From a virus (Duplodnaviria; Caudoviricetes): a DNA stretch of 31,960 nucleotides. Both the position numbers and the translations under genes were made by a program. The notes under the pieces are model-generated. The model was not told where the DNA came from and ran no database searches. It saw only the letters and a program-made list of their open reading frames with translations. Shown piece after piece: positions 7,353-17,887 of the stretch (its first letter is position 1; each line of letters begins with the position of its first letter). The stretch spans positions 1-31,960 of IMG/VR virus record IMGVR_UViG_3300042393_000397. One strand, 5' to 3'.

Positions 7353-9263
7353 TTATTGTCTATAATTTGGTGTTAATGACCAGTAATTATTGCTTTCCGA
7401 TGCGGTTTGTGCAACCTCTGGCTCGTTTTGTTGCCATTGTGCCTTTGGTCTGTCTGCTGGATCTAGGTTTAAAATCATTTTTCTAGCCTCGTTTACGCTT
7501 ATTTGTTTGTTATTTCTGCGTAAATAAATTTTTCTCATCCAAAAATGATTACAATTAACCCCACCTTTGTATAACCAAATAGAATAATCGTCTGCTCCAT
7601 TTGCTCCAAACCCTGCATTTACTTGTTTACTACCCGCCAAAGTAATGTCCTCTTTGCGATAAGTACGCCCAGCACTAACCATCTTTTGACAAAAGTCACG
7701 CTCAGCTCCTGATCTACCTTCGTAAGTATATCGGATTTTAAATAATTGCGTGTCTTGTTCGCTTGTTACATTTGGAAAACTTGCAAATGTTTTAGCTAAA
7801 CTCAAAGTTATTTCAGAAATTTCGCTCTCTCCGTTAACTGGTATTGCATCAACTTCAATCCACTCCTCCTCATTTATTATTTCGCCCATTTCAATAAGTG
7901 CATCCGCAACCTCTGAAAGTCCATCGTCTTTTTTTGAGCAGCAAATGTGTTTTGATAATTGTGTTATGGGTGCTTGTTGTTGACTGAATAAAGCCTGAGC
8001 AACCGATGCTGGAATATTTAAAAATTGTACTAAGAAAACAATTGCCTGTTCGGTTGTCAAAATACCCTCTTTTACTTTTGCAAAAATATCAATTGCCGAA
8101 GCAATTTGCGCTCCATTATAAGATACATCGGCATCGGATGCAATCTCGCTTGAGTCAGTAGTTCCAATTGTATTTGTTACAACATCTTCCGCTCTCAAAC
8201 TTTCAAATTGCAAATCCATTGAAATACCATTAACAGAAAATACCTCCATTAAACCATCTAAAATGATTTCCTGTTTTGGTTTGATTACGTTAATCATTAA
8301 TTCAGCAAAACCGACTTTAATTTCGTCTGCGTTTGAACTAAAACCGTTTGCCTCTTTTACCCCTACCAACATCGGTGATGTTAATTTGTGCGAGGTGCAA
8401 AGTTGTTGTCTTGCTTCTGAGCTTAAAAATTGATATTGTTGATGAGCATCACTAACCTCTAAAGCCGAAATAGTAATCTCGGTTTCTTTATTGTCATTCC
8501 AATTTAAAAAGAATGCACCAGCGTTGGAACTTCCTGTTAAATGCTCACGAATTTGTCGAGTATTTTCCATTATCGTTTCCTCGCTCTCTTGCACTCCGGT
8601 ATTCATATTAATAATGTGACCAAAAGACAAACCTTTTTGAATGTGGTTGATTGAGTAGTTTGAAATTTCCTCCTCCATTTTTGCCCAACTTATCCCAGCA
8701 ACGTAAGAAGGATTGGAATAATAAAATTGACCAACTTGGTAATCTTTAATAACGTAAATCTCTGACCGTTCGCCTAAGCCTTCACCAAAACCAAACGCAT
8801 CAAAACGCTCTGGCTTGTATTTATTTACGTTTGAAAAATCATAACTATAATAATACCCTGTAATATCGCCATCCTCATTTGCAACCTCTGGAGCAATTCT
8901 TTGTTTTGCAATATGAAAACATCTTTGTATTTTATCATTTATATATTTTACCTCAATTGATGCCTCGCCAAACATTTCAAAATCTTTGCATATTTTACGC
9001 AAATCTTTTTTGGAAATCATTGAAATAATCGCTGCCCATTGTGATGGCTTTGTACTTTTGTCTTTTGAAGTCAAACCCTTACCATAAATAAACTGTGAAT
9101 AACTATCGATTATCGCCGAGTTTGTTGGTGAGCCATTATAGGCATCGATAATAGTTTGATAAAACGAGTTTTTATCCCCATTTAATACCCACTTTTTGCC
9201 CGAAACTTCTTTAATTTCGGGTCTTATATAGTTAGATAAATTTATTACTTTTAATTTTTCCAT
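7353..9263 (-). CDS. Portal protein with C-terminal extension
   Basis: Portal-like core (SPTNSAII...IYGKG, YYSNPSY, LTGSSNAG, HKLTSPMLVG, VIKPKQ) plus a C-terminal domain with RDFC and YKGGVNCNHFW. Confidence 0.75.
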   Translation of the reverse strand: MEKLKVINLSNYIRPEIKEVSGKKWVLNGDKNSFYQTIIDAYNGSPTNSAIIDSYSQFIYGKGLTSKDKSTKPSQWAAIISMISKKDLRKICKDFEMFGEASIEVKYINDKIQRCFHIAKQRIAPEVANEDGDITGYYYSYDFSNVNKYKPERFDAFGFGEGLGERSEIYVIKDYQVGQFYYSNPSYVAGISWAKMEEEISNYSINHIQKGLSFGHIINMNTGVQESEETIMENTRQIREHLTGSSNAGAFFLNWNDNKETEITISALEVSDAHQQYQFLSSEARQQLCTSHKLTSPMLVGVKEANGFSSNADEIKVGFAELMINVIKPKQEIILDGLMEVFSVNGISMDLQFESLRAEDVVTNTIGTTDSSEIASDADVSYNGAQIASAIDIFAKVKEGILTTEQAIVFLVQFLNIPASVAQALFSQQQAPITQLSKHICCSKKDDGLSEVADALIEMGEIINEEEWIEVDAIPVNGESEISEITLSLAKTFASFPNVTSEQDTQLFKIRYTYEGRSGAERDFCQKMVSAGRTYRKEDITLAGSKQVNAGFGANGADDYSIWLYKGGVNCNHFWMRKIYLRRNNKQISVNEARKMILNLDPADRPKAQWQQNEPEVAQTASESNNYWSLTPNYRQ

Positions 9264-9267
9264 AAAA

Positions 9268-9576
9268 TTATACTTTTAAAACTCCTTTGTTGAGTTCAAA
9301 ATTTTCCAAATCGGTTTGAGCGGTTGCGTAAGCCTTACCTCTATAAATTAAATTATCGTTTTCGTTGATTGTAACCTCAAACGATTGCCCTTCTTTAAAA
9401 ATAGGCTCATCAAAAATCAATGTTAATATGCTATTTTGATAATAAACCGTACTTACATCAATTGTATGGGTTAGGTCTTTGAGTTCGTCACGTAAATAAA
9501 ACGTAATTAACCCACTATTATATTCTCTCGGTATGCACTTAAATTGATAAGGTGCTGTTAAATTAAATATCCACAT
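9268..9576 (-). CDS. Hypothetical structural protein
   Basis: 102-aa ORF directly after a late-promoter motif, upstream of portal. Confidence 0.6.
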   Translation of the reverse strand: MWIFNLTAPYQFKCIPREYNSGLITFYLRDELKDLTHTIDVSTVYYQNSILTLIFDEPIFKEGQSFEVTINENDNLIYRGKAYATAQTDLENFELNKGVLKV

Positions 9577-9579
9577 ATA

Positions 9580-9606
9580 TATATAACGAAAAAAAGTGTT
9601 TTTGTA
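9580..9606 (-). promoter_or_regulatory. Putative late promoter WACAAAA-N11-CGTTATATA
   Basis: TACAAAA-ACACTTTTTTT-CGTTATATA-TAT-ATG; same motif and spacing at 12265 and 19611. Confidence 0.75.
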
Positions 9607-9608
9607 AC

Positions 9609-9635
9609 AAAAAAAGACTACCGAAGTAGTCTTTT
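9609..9635 (-). terminator. Intrinsic terminator after the tail tube gene
   Basis: Minus strand AAAAGACTAC-TTCG-GTAGTCTTTTTTT: stem with cUUCGg tetraloop and U-tract. Confidence 0.85.
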
Positions 9636-9657
9636 AATAGAAAAAACAGAAAAATTT

Positions 9658-10182
9658 TTAAGAAACTACTACATCGCTAACCAAAGCGTAAAGAGCAGTT
9701 TTAGTTGTAGCATCCAAAAATGGAGATAAATTACTTTCCTCTGCCGCGATTGTAACTGTATAACCACTTAAATCATTTCCAGCTCCTCCGCTTACTTTTG
9801 TGCAATTTGACATTGTACCATTTGTCGCTCCAAGTAATACGATATTACCGTTATAATCCTCAACGAAAACGTAAGGGCGACCAGCACAAATCAATTGAAC
9901 TTGAGCCTGTAAATCAGCCCCTAATTTTGGTAAAGTCACCGCCAACGATTGAGCGTTTAAAAACGTTCCATTATCGTCTGAACTTGTACCAGTTTCAGTC
10001 AAAGCGTTTGTAGTCGCTTTTACTTCATATTTGAAAACCTCATCCAAAGTTCCCAACGAGGTAACTTGGTGAGCAGCAACCACAAAAGCATAGTCATCAA
10101 AATTTGCTAAATACAAATTTTTAATACCACCTCTTTGGTCTTTACATCCAAGCAATTTACCCTTGCTTATTAAACACGCCAT
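9658..10182 (-). CDS. Major tail (tube) protein
   Basis: MAC...CKDQRGGIK N-terminus, FVEDYNG and SGYTVTI..EE motifs; follows the capsid gene. Confidence 0.65.
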   Translation of the reverse strand: MACLISKGKLLGCKDQRGGIKNLYLANFDDYAFVVAAHQVTSLGTLDEVFKYEVKATTNALTETGTSSDDNGTFLNAQSLAVTLPKLGADLQAQVQLICAGRPYVFVEDYNGNIVLLGATNGTMSNCTKVSGGAGNDLSGYTVTIAAEESNLSPFLDATTKTALYALVSDVVVS

Positions 10183-10199
10183 ATTTTTTTATTTTTTAT

Positions 10200-10226
10200 A
10201 AAAACCGCCCAATTTAATGAGCGGTT
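10200..10226 (-). terminator. Hairpin or weak terminator after the major capsid gene
   Basis: Minus strand AACCGCTCA-TTAAAT-TGGGCGGTT followed by a short U-tract. Confidence 0.6.
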
Positions 10227-10238
10227 ATTTGGTTATTA

Positions 10239-11141
10239 TTATACTGCCAAAGTTAAGTAAACAATTTCAGATGGATTGTAATATCCTACTCCTACGTTGT
10301 AAACAACTTTACCTCTTACTTTACCAGTAAGCAATCCGATTTCGTCTTCGTCAACCATTGCAACTTGATTGTGATCAGCAGTTAAGCCAGTCGCAAATAC
10401 AAGGTTTTTTCTTTCGTAGATAACTACTGTATTATTTGGTAAACCGTTTAAAGTTACTAAAGTATGTCTTCCGAAAGTTAATGCAAAATCAGTATTTCCA
10501 TTTCCGTAAACAATCCCTTGAGTTGAAAGGTAAAAAGCGTAAGCCTCAGCAACGTCTGGAGAAACTGCCATTATTAACTCTTTGTTTTTCAAAGCAACCG
10601 GAACGTCAGCAAGAGCTGGTTTTAAATATTCGCTTAATACGTTAGCCTCAGTAACCGCAGCATCAGCAGTTGGTTTGTTTACATCAACGTCAGCATCAAA
10701 TAAAGTAATGAAACCGTCAAAGTTAACAGAAGACTGCCACATATCTGACTCTAATTTCTCACCGATAGCTCCCAAAACTTCCGCTTGGATAGCATCCATT
10801 ATGTCAGATGGAGCAGTTGCGTTTGCAGCACCAGCACCCATAATTCCGTCAGACCAAGTTGCTCTGAAATCCTCTTTACAAACGTCAAAATCATTTTTGA
10901 ATTTGAAAGGCTCGATTACATTTTCGTTTAAAACGATTGAACCAGCAGGAGCAAATCCACAAGTGTATGCAGTTGTACCGTCTGTGTAAGCAATTTTTCT
11001 TAACGATAATTTGTGGTTAACATTTTCTGCGATAGTTACCGCATTTTTTTCAATAGTGTCAATCGTTTTGAACGCTTGACCGATAATTACACCAGCATCT
11101 CTTCCAGCATAATTTGAACTTACAGTTGTAGTTGTAGCCAT
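10239..11141 (-). CDS. Major capsid protein
   Basis: 300 aa, MATTTTVSSNYAG start, directly after the protease/scaffold gene, followed by a hairpin. Confidence 0.75.
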   Translation of the reverse strand: MATTTTVSSNYAGRDAGVIIGQAFKTIDTIEKNAVTIAENVNHKLSLRKIAYTDGTTAYTCGFAPAGSIVLNENVIEPFKFKNDFDVCKEDFRATWSDGIMGAGAANATAPSDIMDAIQAEVLGAIGEKLESDMWQSSVNFDGFITLFDADVDVNKPTADAAVTEANVLSEYLKPALADVPVALKNKELIMAVSPDVAEAYAFYLSTQGIVYGNGNTDFALTFGRHTLVTLNGLPNNTVVIYERKNLVFATGLTADHNQVAMVDEDEIGLLTGKVRGKVVYNVGVGYYNPSEIVYLTLAV

Positions 11142-11145
11142 TTTT

Positions 11146-12261
11146 TTAATTTAAATTTTTAAGGTTATTCAATATTTTTTGATTGCGTGTTAATTTCACG
11201 TTTTTGTTTGAAGTTTCTTTTACTTCTGGTTTTGCTTTTGTTGATGCTTTCACCTCAACTTGAGTTGTTTTTACTTCTGCGATTTGAGCCGATAATTCAG
11301 TTTTAACGCTTTCGATTTGTTTTGCAACTTCGATTGACATTGAAGTAACGATTGATTTTACTAAAGCCGAGAATTGGTCTTCTTTTGACATTTCCGCCTC
11401 AACGTTAACCTCAACCTCTGGAGCAACTTCCTCAGCCATTGCCTCTTTAATTTCAGCAATTACACCCTCTTCGGTAATTACTAAAAGTCTTCCGTCTTCA
11501 AGTTCGTGGTCTCCGATTGGAGCAGGAACTCTGTCGCCATTTTCAGCTACAATAAAAACTGGTTGCCCAGCCTCAAAACTTTCAGCCTCTAAAACAGTAA
11601 CACCATCTTTTAATCTCATCGTTTCCAAGGTCACTTGTACCTCTTCAACGGTTGCAACTTCTTGAGATAGTTTTACAGATGCAAAACCCTCTTTAATTGC
11701 GTTAACAATTGTTTCTAAATTCATATTATAATCACTTTTTAAATTTACTTTCTCCATATCAAAAACCCCATCAATTGAGAAGCCTTTGACTTTTCCTGTT
11801 TTAACGTAATCGTTCCAAATCTCGTCGTTATTAACTTTCATTAAACCAAACAAAGTTCCAACTTGCTCACTAAAACCATAAAGCACCGATTTGTCGTGTA
11901 CATTATCCTCTTTAATCCAAGTTTCAATAAATGTAACATCCTCGATTTTTTTTCCCGAATGCTCAATTGTTGAGTTATTTTGATAACCTTGAGTCACAAA
12001 ATTTCTGTGAACTTGCTTAATAGTTTCGGATGTGAATTTTATATTAAATTCGTGTCCGTCTTGATTTCTATAAATTAACTGCTCTGGTATTAATATTGGA
12101 CCAACTAAAATTCTTTGCTCTTCGTTTACGGTTGCCAATTTTAACTCGGTTTGTTTTGCCAACGCCAAAAATTGCACTCCGATTGCTGGATCTGAAACTA
12201 ACGAGATTGCATATACTCCCTCGTTTTCCTCTTCGTTAAAAATAACATTGTACGTTTCCAT
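11146..12261 (-). CDS. XkdF-like prohead serine protease fused to scaffold
   Basis: AISLVSDPAI, STIEH and VKTGKVKGFSIDG motifs; acidic coiled-coil C-terminal half. Confidence 0.8.
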   Translation of the reverse strand: METYNVIFNEEENEGVYAISLVSDPAIGVQFLALAKQTELKLATVNEEQRILVGPILIPEQLIYRNQDGHEFNIKFTSETIKQVHRNFVTQGYQNNSTIEHSGKKIEDVTFIETWIKEDNVHDKSVLYGFSEQVGTLFGLMKVNNDEIWNDYVKTGKVKGFSIDGVFDMEKVNLKSDYNMNLETIVNAIKEGFASVKLSQEVATVEEVQVTLETMRLKDGVTVLEAESFEAGQPVFIVAENGDRVPAPIGDHELEDGRLLVITEEGVIAEIKEAMAEEVAPEVEVNVEAEMSKEDQFSALVKSIVTSMSIEVAKQIESVKTELSAQIAEVKTTQVEVKASTKAKPEVKETSNKNVKLTRNQKILNNLKNLN

Positions 12262-12264
12262 AAT

Positions 12265-12291
12265 TATATAACGATATTAAATTGTTTTGTT
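12265..12291 (-). promoter_or_regulatory. Putative late promoter (head operon)
   Basis: AACAAAA-CAATTTAATAT-CGTTATATA-ATT-ATG. Confidence 0.75.
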
Positions 12292-12310
12292 ATAAACTTT
12301 TTTTAAAATT

Positions 12311-14224
12311 CTAACCCATTGAAGCGTTAGATATTATATTCCTATCCAAACTCTGCGCATTTGTAACCGCACCCGATACGACATAGGCTTGAATTGGTTG
12401 GGCGTTTTGTGATGCCATAGATTGAGCAATTTGATTTGCACCAGTATTCCCAACTACATTAAATTGAGGAGCTGATGCGCCACCGCCAGAAACTGCACCG
12501 CCACTTGGAGCAGTTGAGCCTGCGCCACCACCTCCAGAGATTTGTTTTGCAGAGGATATTGTCGAGGCTAAAATTGAGGCAATCGAAGTCGCTGCCGTTA
12601 TTTTTGTTAAGGCAATACCTTTTGCAGTCGCCGCAGCTTGTACCGCATACATAGGATTGGGAACTACTCCAATAACCGCTGGTACTGCTGCTAATGCAGA
12701 AGTCGCAGCCGCAATTGATTTCGCCGATCCAACAACGATGTCAGCAATCGCCAAACCTTTTTGAACTGCCAAAATACTTAACGCCATTGCTTTATTTTTT
12801 CCAGCGAATTGCATTAATATATCCAAACCAGTATCTAAAGCTTGTCTTTTTGCGTTTTTAACTGACTCCTCCAAAGCCAATAATTTATCCGCTGCGTTTT
12901 TTTCGTCTTCGTATCTTTTATTTTGAGCAATTAATCTTATATCGTTTAATTCATTTTCTCTTGCAAATTCTAAAACATATAACTCCTCTTGAGTTCTGCC
13001 TTGTTGTTTTGCGAGTTCTAATAATCTAAAATATTTGTCTTTGACTTTTTGCTCTTCTGCCTCTTGAGCAGTTCCTAAAAATTCATTTTGTTTATCTTGA
13101 GCATCGCCAATGGCTTGAGTAATTTCGTCAATACTTGCCTGTCTTGCATCTCTTTGAGCCTGTAAAGCAATTTTTAAATCGTCAAGGTCTTTTTTTCTTT
13201 GTGCTTTTTGTTGTTCGCTTAATTTTTCACTATTACCTCTTTGTTTTTCTGCAAAATTTGCGTCTAAATTTGCAATCGCTACATTACCTTGTCTTTGTAA
13301 TTCTTGGTTTTGTTCTCGTAAATCCTGTATTCTTTTATTTTGCTCTTTTGTTAAATTGTATTGATTGTTTTGAGTTTTTTGAATGTCCTCAATTTCTTTA
13401 TTATTTGCCTTTCCCTTTGCCTCGTAAGCATCTAATTGAATTTTTAACAATTCCTTCTCAGATGCACCTCGTTTTTTTGCGTTTGCCAAAGCGATTTGCG
13501 TATTATAATCAATAGCTTTTGCGTTGTCATCGGTTAATTTTTTCGTGTATTCAAGTTGAATATTTAATTTTTCTTGCTCTTTTGTTAGCTCCTCAGTTGC
13601 ATCGGAACTCTCATTTAATTTTGAAATTAAATAACCAATCCCCACAACCAAAGCACCAATCCCAGTTGATACAATAGCAGCTTTTAAAGCCTTAAACGAA
13701 ACCGCTGTGGCGTTTACTGCTCCAGTGAATAATTTTTGAACTGCTGCTGCTGCAATTGTTGCAATTGAATTTATTTTTTGATAAGCTGTTGTTGATTGTA
13801 TTACTGCGTTTAATTGATTAAACGAATCGATACTTTCTCCAATAGCTTGTAAGCCCATTGACAAAGCCATTGCGGATTGAACTTTCAACAAAGTTTTTTC
13901 AACCTCTTCGGATTGTGTGCCAAATAAAGCCATACCACCTTGCACCGCTGCAAATCCTCCAGCCACTCCGCTCAAAGATGAGCTTAAGGCTTTGAATTTA
14001 GCATCTGGATTGAAGGCATCTGTTAAGGCTTTGGCATCACCTATACGGTCTTTTAATTCACCCGCTTTTTTCGCTGCGTTTGTGGCTTCAACCGAAGTCA
14101 CTCCGAATTTCTCCGATAATTTTGCAACTTCTGCCTGTGCCTCCCTTAATTGTGAGCGTAAAGAGCCAACCGCTTGGTCAACGTTGCCTTGTATTTTTAT
14201 ATCAATAATTTTCTCTATTGCCAT
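12311..14224 (-). CDS. Tape measure protein
   Basis: Ala/Gly-rich helical protein with long coiled coils, hydrophobic segments (TGIGALVVGIGYLI) and C-terminal PIQAYVV. Confidence 0.85.
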   Translation of the reverse strand: MAIEKIIDIKIQGNVDQAVGSLRSQLREAQAEVAKLSEKFGVTSVEATNAAKKAGELKDRIGDAKALTDAFNPDAKFKALSSSLSGVAGGFAAVQGGMALFGTQSEEVEKTLLKVQSAMALSMGLQAIGESIDSFNQLNAVIQSTTAYQKINSIATIAAAAVQKLFTGAVNATAVSFKALKAAIVSTGIGALVVGIGYLISKLNESSDATEELTKEQEKLNIQLEYTKKLTDDNAKAIDYNTQIALANAKKRGASEKELLKIQLDAYEAKGKANNKEIEDIQKTQNNQYNLTKEQNKRIQDLREQNQELQRQGNVAIANLDANFAEKQRGNSEKLSEQQKAQRKKDLDDLKIALQAQRDARQASIDEITQAIGDAQDKQNEFLGTAQEAEEQKVKDKYFRLLELAKQQGRTQEELYVLEFARENELNDIRLIAQNKRYEDEKNAADKLLALEESVKNAKRQALDTGLDILMQFAGKNKAMALSILAVQKGLAIADIVVGSAKSIAAATSALAAVPAVIGVVPNPMYAVQAAATAKGIALTKITAATSIASILASTISSAKQISGGGGAGSTAPSGGAVSGGGASAPQFNVVGNTGANQIAQSMASQNAQPIQAYVVSGAVTNAQSLDRNIISNASMG

Positions 14225-14352
14225 TTCATTGCTTTTTTAAATAATTCAATAATATTATTTGTGTACTGATAACGACCTTTTGCAATTGAGATAATCTCAT
14301 TGTCTTGGTAATCCTCTGCTAATTTTAGCATCTCTAAAATATTGCTCAACAT
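14215..14352 (-). CDS. 45-aa protein upstream of TMP (not in ORF track)
   Basis: MLSNILEMLKLAEDYQDNEIISIAKGRYQYTNNIIELFKKAMKWQ fills the gap and overlaps the TMP start. Confidence 0.6.
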   Translation of the reverse strand: MLSNILEMLKLAEDYQDNEIISIAKGRYQYTNNIIELFKKAMKWQ

Positions 14353-14356
14353 AATT

Positions 14357-16849
14357 TTATGGTAATTGGGTTATTGATAAATTTATCCTTTGTGAAACTC
14401 CGTCTTTATAATAATCAACATCGATTAATTGCAACCTTTCCAATCCTGTGGCATTTGGTGCAATTGTAATAGTAAAAGTTAAATCCGAAGTATTGTCTAA
14501 TTCGTCGCTAAACGATGCAAATGTTTTTACTCCTCCAACATTAAAACTATCAAATTCGTTTCTGTAAATAGTAATTTCATAACTTTGAGCGGTATTGTCT
14601 AATATCACCACATCACTCGTACTATATCTATATCCAATTGTATTTTGATTGTCAACTTCTCTGTAATCAGTAATTAAATCGAAATCGGTTTCTCCAGTTG
14701 TTAAATCAGTAGTAAACGAGTTTATAATAAAACGTTTATCTCGAATTATAATCCTATCTTTTAAAGTCAAAGAATTAAGTATTAACTCAGGCAAAATTGC
14801 TTTTATTTTGTAAAGCCTCGTTTTAATGTTGTAAAGATTATCTATATAATTTCTGTAATGTCTTTGATATAAACTTCCCGATGCTACTATATTATAATAT
14901 GGTGATTGATATGCACCCCAGTTCGTACTCATCAAATAACTTAAATCACTTCCAACCATTGCAATTTCATTTGAAAATCTATTATAATTATCGATAATAG
15001 TTTGAGAGGCTTCGGTTGTCATTCTAATTCTATGTGTCCCTGTTAATGGAGTTTCTAATAAACCGTTTTCGTAAATAAATACTGGTTTAGGTGTATATGG
15101 GTTTAAATCCTTATCGATAAAAGTAGCCGTTAAAAACGGTGCTTCCTCTCCGATTTGCTTTTCAAATAATACATCTTCAAACGGTACTTTAATTTCGTAA
15201 TTTGCGCTTTCGTTAGATTTTTGATTTGTATAAATTAAGTCGCCATATTGTAAATTAAACAAACCATAAAACGCATCGTTTAAAATATTGCTCGATTTTT
15301 CATATTCAAATTTAATAGTTTTAAAAAGTTTTGGTCGCTCAATATCAAAGTTATCGGATTTGACATATTTTGTCAAGTCAACTATTTGACCTTGTTGGTA
15401 AAATAATTCCAAAGGTATTAACTCAAATTCAGTTGCACTATTTGGAATAATCATTAAATTGAACATTTTAAAAACTCCAGTAAAAAAATCCGATACTGTA
15501 ATATCAGGCACAAACGATTGGATATTGCTATCCGCTGTCGTGACTTGAGCAACTAATTGTTGAGAAGCCACCCCTCTCACTATGTAATTATTTCCAGAGG
15601 CAGTCCATCTTTTATCATAATCAAAATAAGAAGTAAAAGTCATTTGACTTTGTGACTGAATATAAAATGTAAATTTATGGTTTATTGGATCATTAAAAAA
15701 TGAATTGTCATAAAAGTAAATTTCCTCGTCTCCTATTAAATTCTCAAATGTTTGCCATAAAACGCCATCGTCATAAACTAATAATTTATAAGGAATATTG
15801 TTTACCGTTGGATAAATTAAAATCGGACAAATTATTCGTCTTGCGTGATATTGATTTGTAATTACCGCACCTAAATTTGTAAAATCCCAATCAAAATTTA
15901 ACGTGTCACTTGTCAAATCAAAGTCATCAAAAGTCAAAGTCGTTGGCGATGGAATAGTAATTATAGCCGTATTAAAATTTATTTTTGTTGGTGGTGTATA
16001 GTAGTTTACTTCTTTATCGTTTTTTAAAAGCACTCTCAATTTTTTCCATTGCGTGGAATTTAAAAACGAGCCAGTAAAAGTAATTTTATATTTTAACTGA
16101 ATACGATTGAAAATATCGCTTAACCTAATTGCAGGAAATAAATTATTCCACTCAATTGCACCTCCAGTCAAAGTAATATCCTCGTTGACGCTTCCTGTCT
16201 CGTATTGAAATTTTCTTGTATTACCCAATAAAGGATACATAATAGAGTCTGGAGTACTTGTTATAATTCTATTTATTATTTCAGTCGATGTCCAAGGGTG
16301 GTTAAAAATGCTATAATCTAATTGATTAAGTTTGTCCTCTTTAAATAGGTCTTTTAATTGCGTTAAATTACCATAAAAAGTAACTGAGTAGCTTTCAATA
16401 TAACCATTTTTTCTATTGGCTTTTTCTAATTGAATATTCCCTTCTCGAAATGTAATTGTGTTTATCTCAATGTAAGCGTTATAACGTACCCTGTGATCAT
16501 AACCATTATCGACATCGCTTTCGTACCAATGTGAAAATAAACTATTGTTATAATCATTTGCTGGAATAGTAAACGATTGGCTAAAATCAGTAAATACCTT
16601 ACCAATATCGTTTAAATTTTGCAACGAACTTGTCACGCTTATTTTCTCATCGTTGAATAATTCAACGCGGTAGGATTTTTGAGAAGTACCAAAATAACCA
16701 CCCAAAGAATTTAATGTATCGACTAAGCAACTCTCCGCTTCAAATGTACCTCCGTCGGCAACTATTGAGCTTTCAATAGTATTAACTACATTTGCGGTTA
16801 TATTCTCTGGAATAGCTTTATAAATATATAGTGCAACTTGGTTGTCCAT
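14357..16849 (-). CDS. Tail tip / hub protein
   Basis: 830 aa; FTDFSQSFTIPA..NN motif; late beta-barrel-like segment L.LKDRIIIRDKRFIIN; adjacent to TMP. Confidence 0.65.
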   Translation of the reverse strand: MDNQVALYIYKAIPENITANVVNTIESSIVADGGTFEAESCLVDTLNSLGGYFGTSQKSYRVELFNDEKISVTSSLQNLNDIGKVFTDFSQSFTIPANDYNNSLFSHWYESDVDNGYDHRVRYNAYIEINTITFREGNIQLEKANRKNGYIESYSVTFYGNLTQLKDLFKEDKLNQLDYSIFNHPWTSTEIINRIITSTPDSIMYPLLGNTRKFQYETGSVNEDITLTGGAIEWNNLFPAIRLSDIFNRIQLKYKITFTGSFLNSTQWKKLRVLLKNDKEVNYYTPPTKINFNTAIITIPSPTTLTFDDFDLTSDTLNFDWDFTNLGAVITNQYHARRIICPILIYPTVNNIPYKLLVYDDGVLWQTFENLIGDEEIYFYDNSFFNDPINHKFTFYIQSQSQMTFTSYFDYDKRWTASGNNYIVRGVASQQLVAQVTTADSNIQSFVPDITVSDFFTGVFKMFNLMIIPNSATEFELIPLELFYQQGQIVDLTKYVKSDNFDIERPKLFKTIKFEYEKSSNILNDAFYGLFNLQYGDLIYTNQKSNESANYEIKVPFEDVLFEKQIGEEAPFLTATFIDKDLNPYTPKPVFIYENGLLETPLTGTHRIRMTTEASQTIIDNYNRFSNEIAMVGSDLSYLMSTNWGAYQSPYYNIVASGSLYQRHYRNYIDNLYNIKTRLYKIKAILPELILNSLTLKDRIIIRDKRFIINSFTTDLTTGETDFDLITDYREVDNQNTIGYRYSTSDVVILDNTAQSYEITIYRNEFDSFNVGGVKTFASFSDELDNTSDLTFTITIAPNATGLERLQLIDVDYYKDGVSQRINLSITQLP

Positions 16850-17887
16850 TTAAATAGCGTTGTTAATAAGATTATAAGCATATTCGAAATCCATTTCGTA
16901 ATTGATATTTTTATCGCGTAATGAAGTTTTCAAATTAGTTGATTTTGTCATTACTTTTACTGGTTTATTATCTAATAAAACGGTTTCGCTTAATAATAAA
17001 TCCTGTATTAATTCCGAGTAATTCTCAGCTACCCATCCTGTATTAAGTTTTACTTTTTGAGTTCCGTTTACATTAAACGATTTGCTTTGCCCTTCGTGAA
17101 AATCATAATTTAATACTTCCGAAAATACGTTATAATCAACTCCCTTGACATCAATTGAATTGGCTTGCGCTTTAAAAAAGTTTATAAACGACCAACCTCC
17201 AAAACGATTAACAAATGAGCATAAAACTGGCGTGTATTTTGCCTCACATATTTCGTTTAATAATACATCGGTAAAATTTTCACCCCATAACAATTGATTA
17301 AAAGGTGCATCAGGATTATAAAATAAAGGAAGTTTAAATACTTTTGGAAAATCTGTTATATTTATAGTATATTCAGTTCCTAAAAAATTATTCGGTATCC
17401 AAGTATAGTCTCCGATATTTAGTAAAGCATTTACATACGATTGTTGACCGGTTTGTAAATTCAAGGTAATATCAGGATTAAACATAATTACAACATCGGC
17501 ATCGGTTGTTTGATTATAACCGTTTAAATAATTTGTGTATCCCTCAACCGCAATGTATTCAGTAATACCAACTGGCTCATATTTACCTCTTGACTCTTCG
17601 AAATAAGTTTTAACAGTTACATTGCAATAAGTTTGGTAATCCTCTCTTTTAGGAGTTTCGCCATCGTACTCAGGGAATAAATGCGAGATATATTCTCGAC
17701 AATAACCCGAAATATTATAATTGTTTGCTGTTTGTGTCGGACTTGCTATTTTTTTTGATAGTGTATAGGTTGGAAGTAGTGGAATAGTGTCTGGATTATT
17801 CCAAATGTATAACTCGACTTTACTTCCTATTTGGTCTATCTCGTCAACGGTTATAAAAAACGGACTTCTTACAAAAATTGTATTCAT
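16850..17887 (-). CDS. Tail protein (distal-tail-like)
   Basis: C-terminal FVNRFGGW...LNTGWV...LLLSE...Y.MDFEYA pattern; tail block position. Confidence 0.6.
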   Translation of the reverse strand: MNTIFVRSPFFITVDEIDQIGSKVELYIWNNPDTIPLLPTYTLSKKIASPTQTANNYNISGYCREYISHLFPEYDGETPKREDYQTYCNVTVKTYFEESRGKYEPVGITEYIAVEGYTNYLNGYNQTTDADVVIMFNPDITLNLQTGQQSYVNALLNIGDYTWIPNNFLGTEYTINITDFPKVFKLPLFYNPDAPFNQLLWGENFTDVLLNEICEAKYTPVLCSFVNRFGGWSFINFFKAQANSIDVKGVDYNVFSEVLNYDFHEGQSKSFNVNGTQKVKLNTGWVAENYSELIQDLLLSETVLLDNKPVKVMTKSTNLKTSLRDKNINYEMDFEYAYNLINNAI

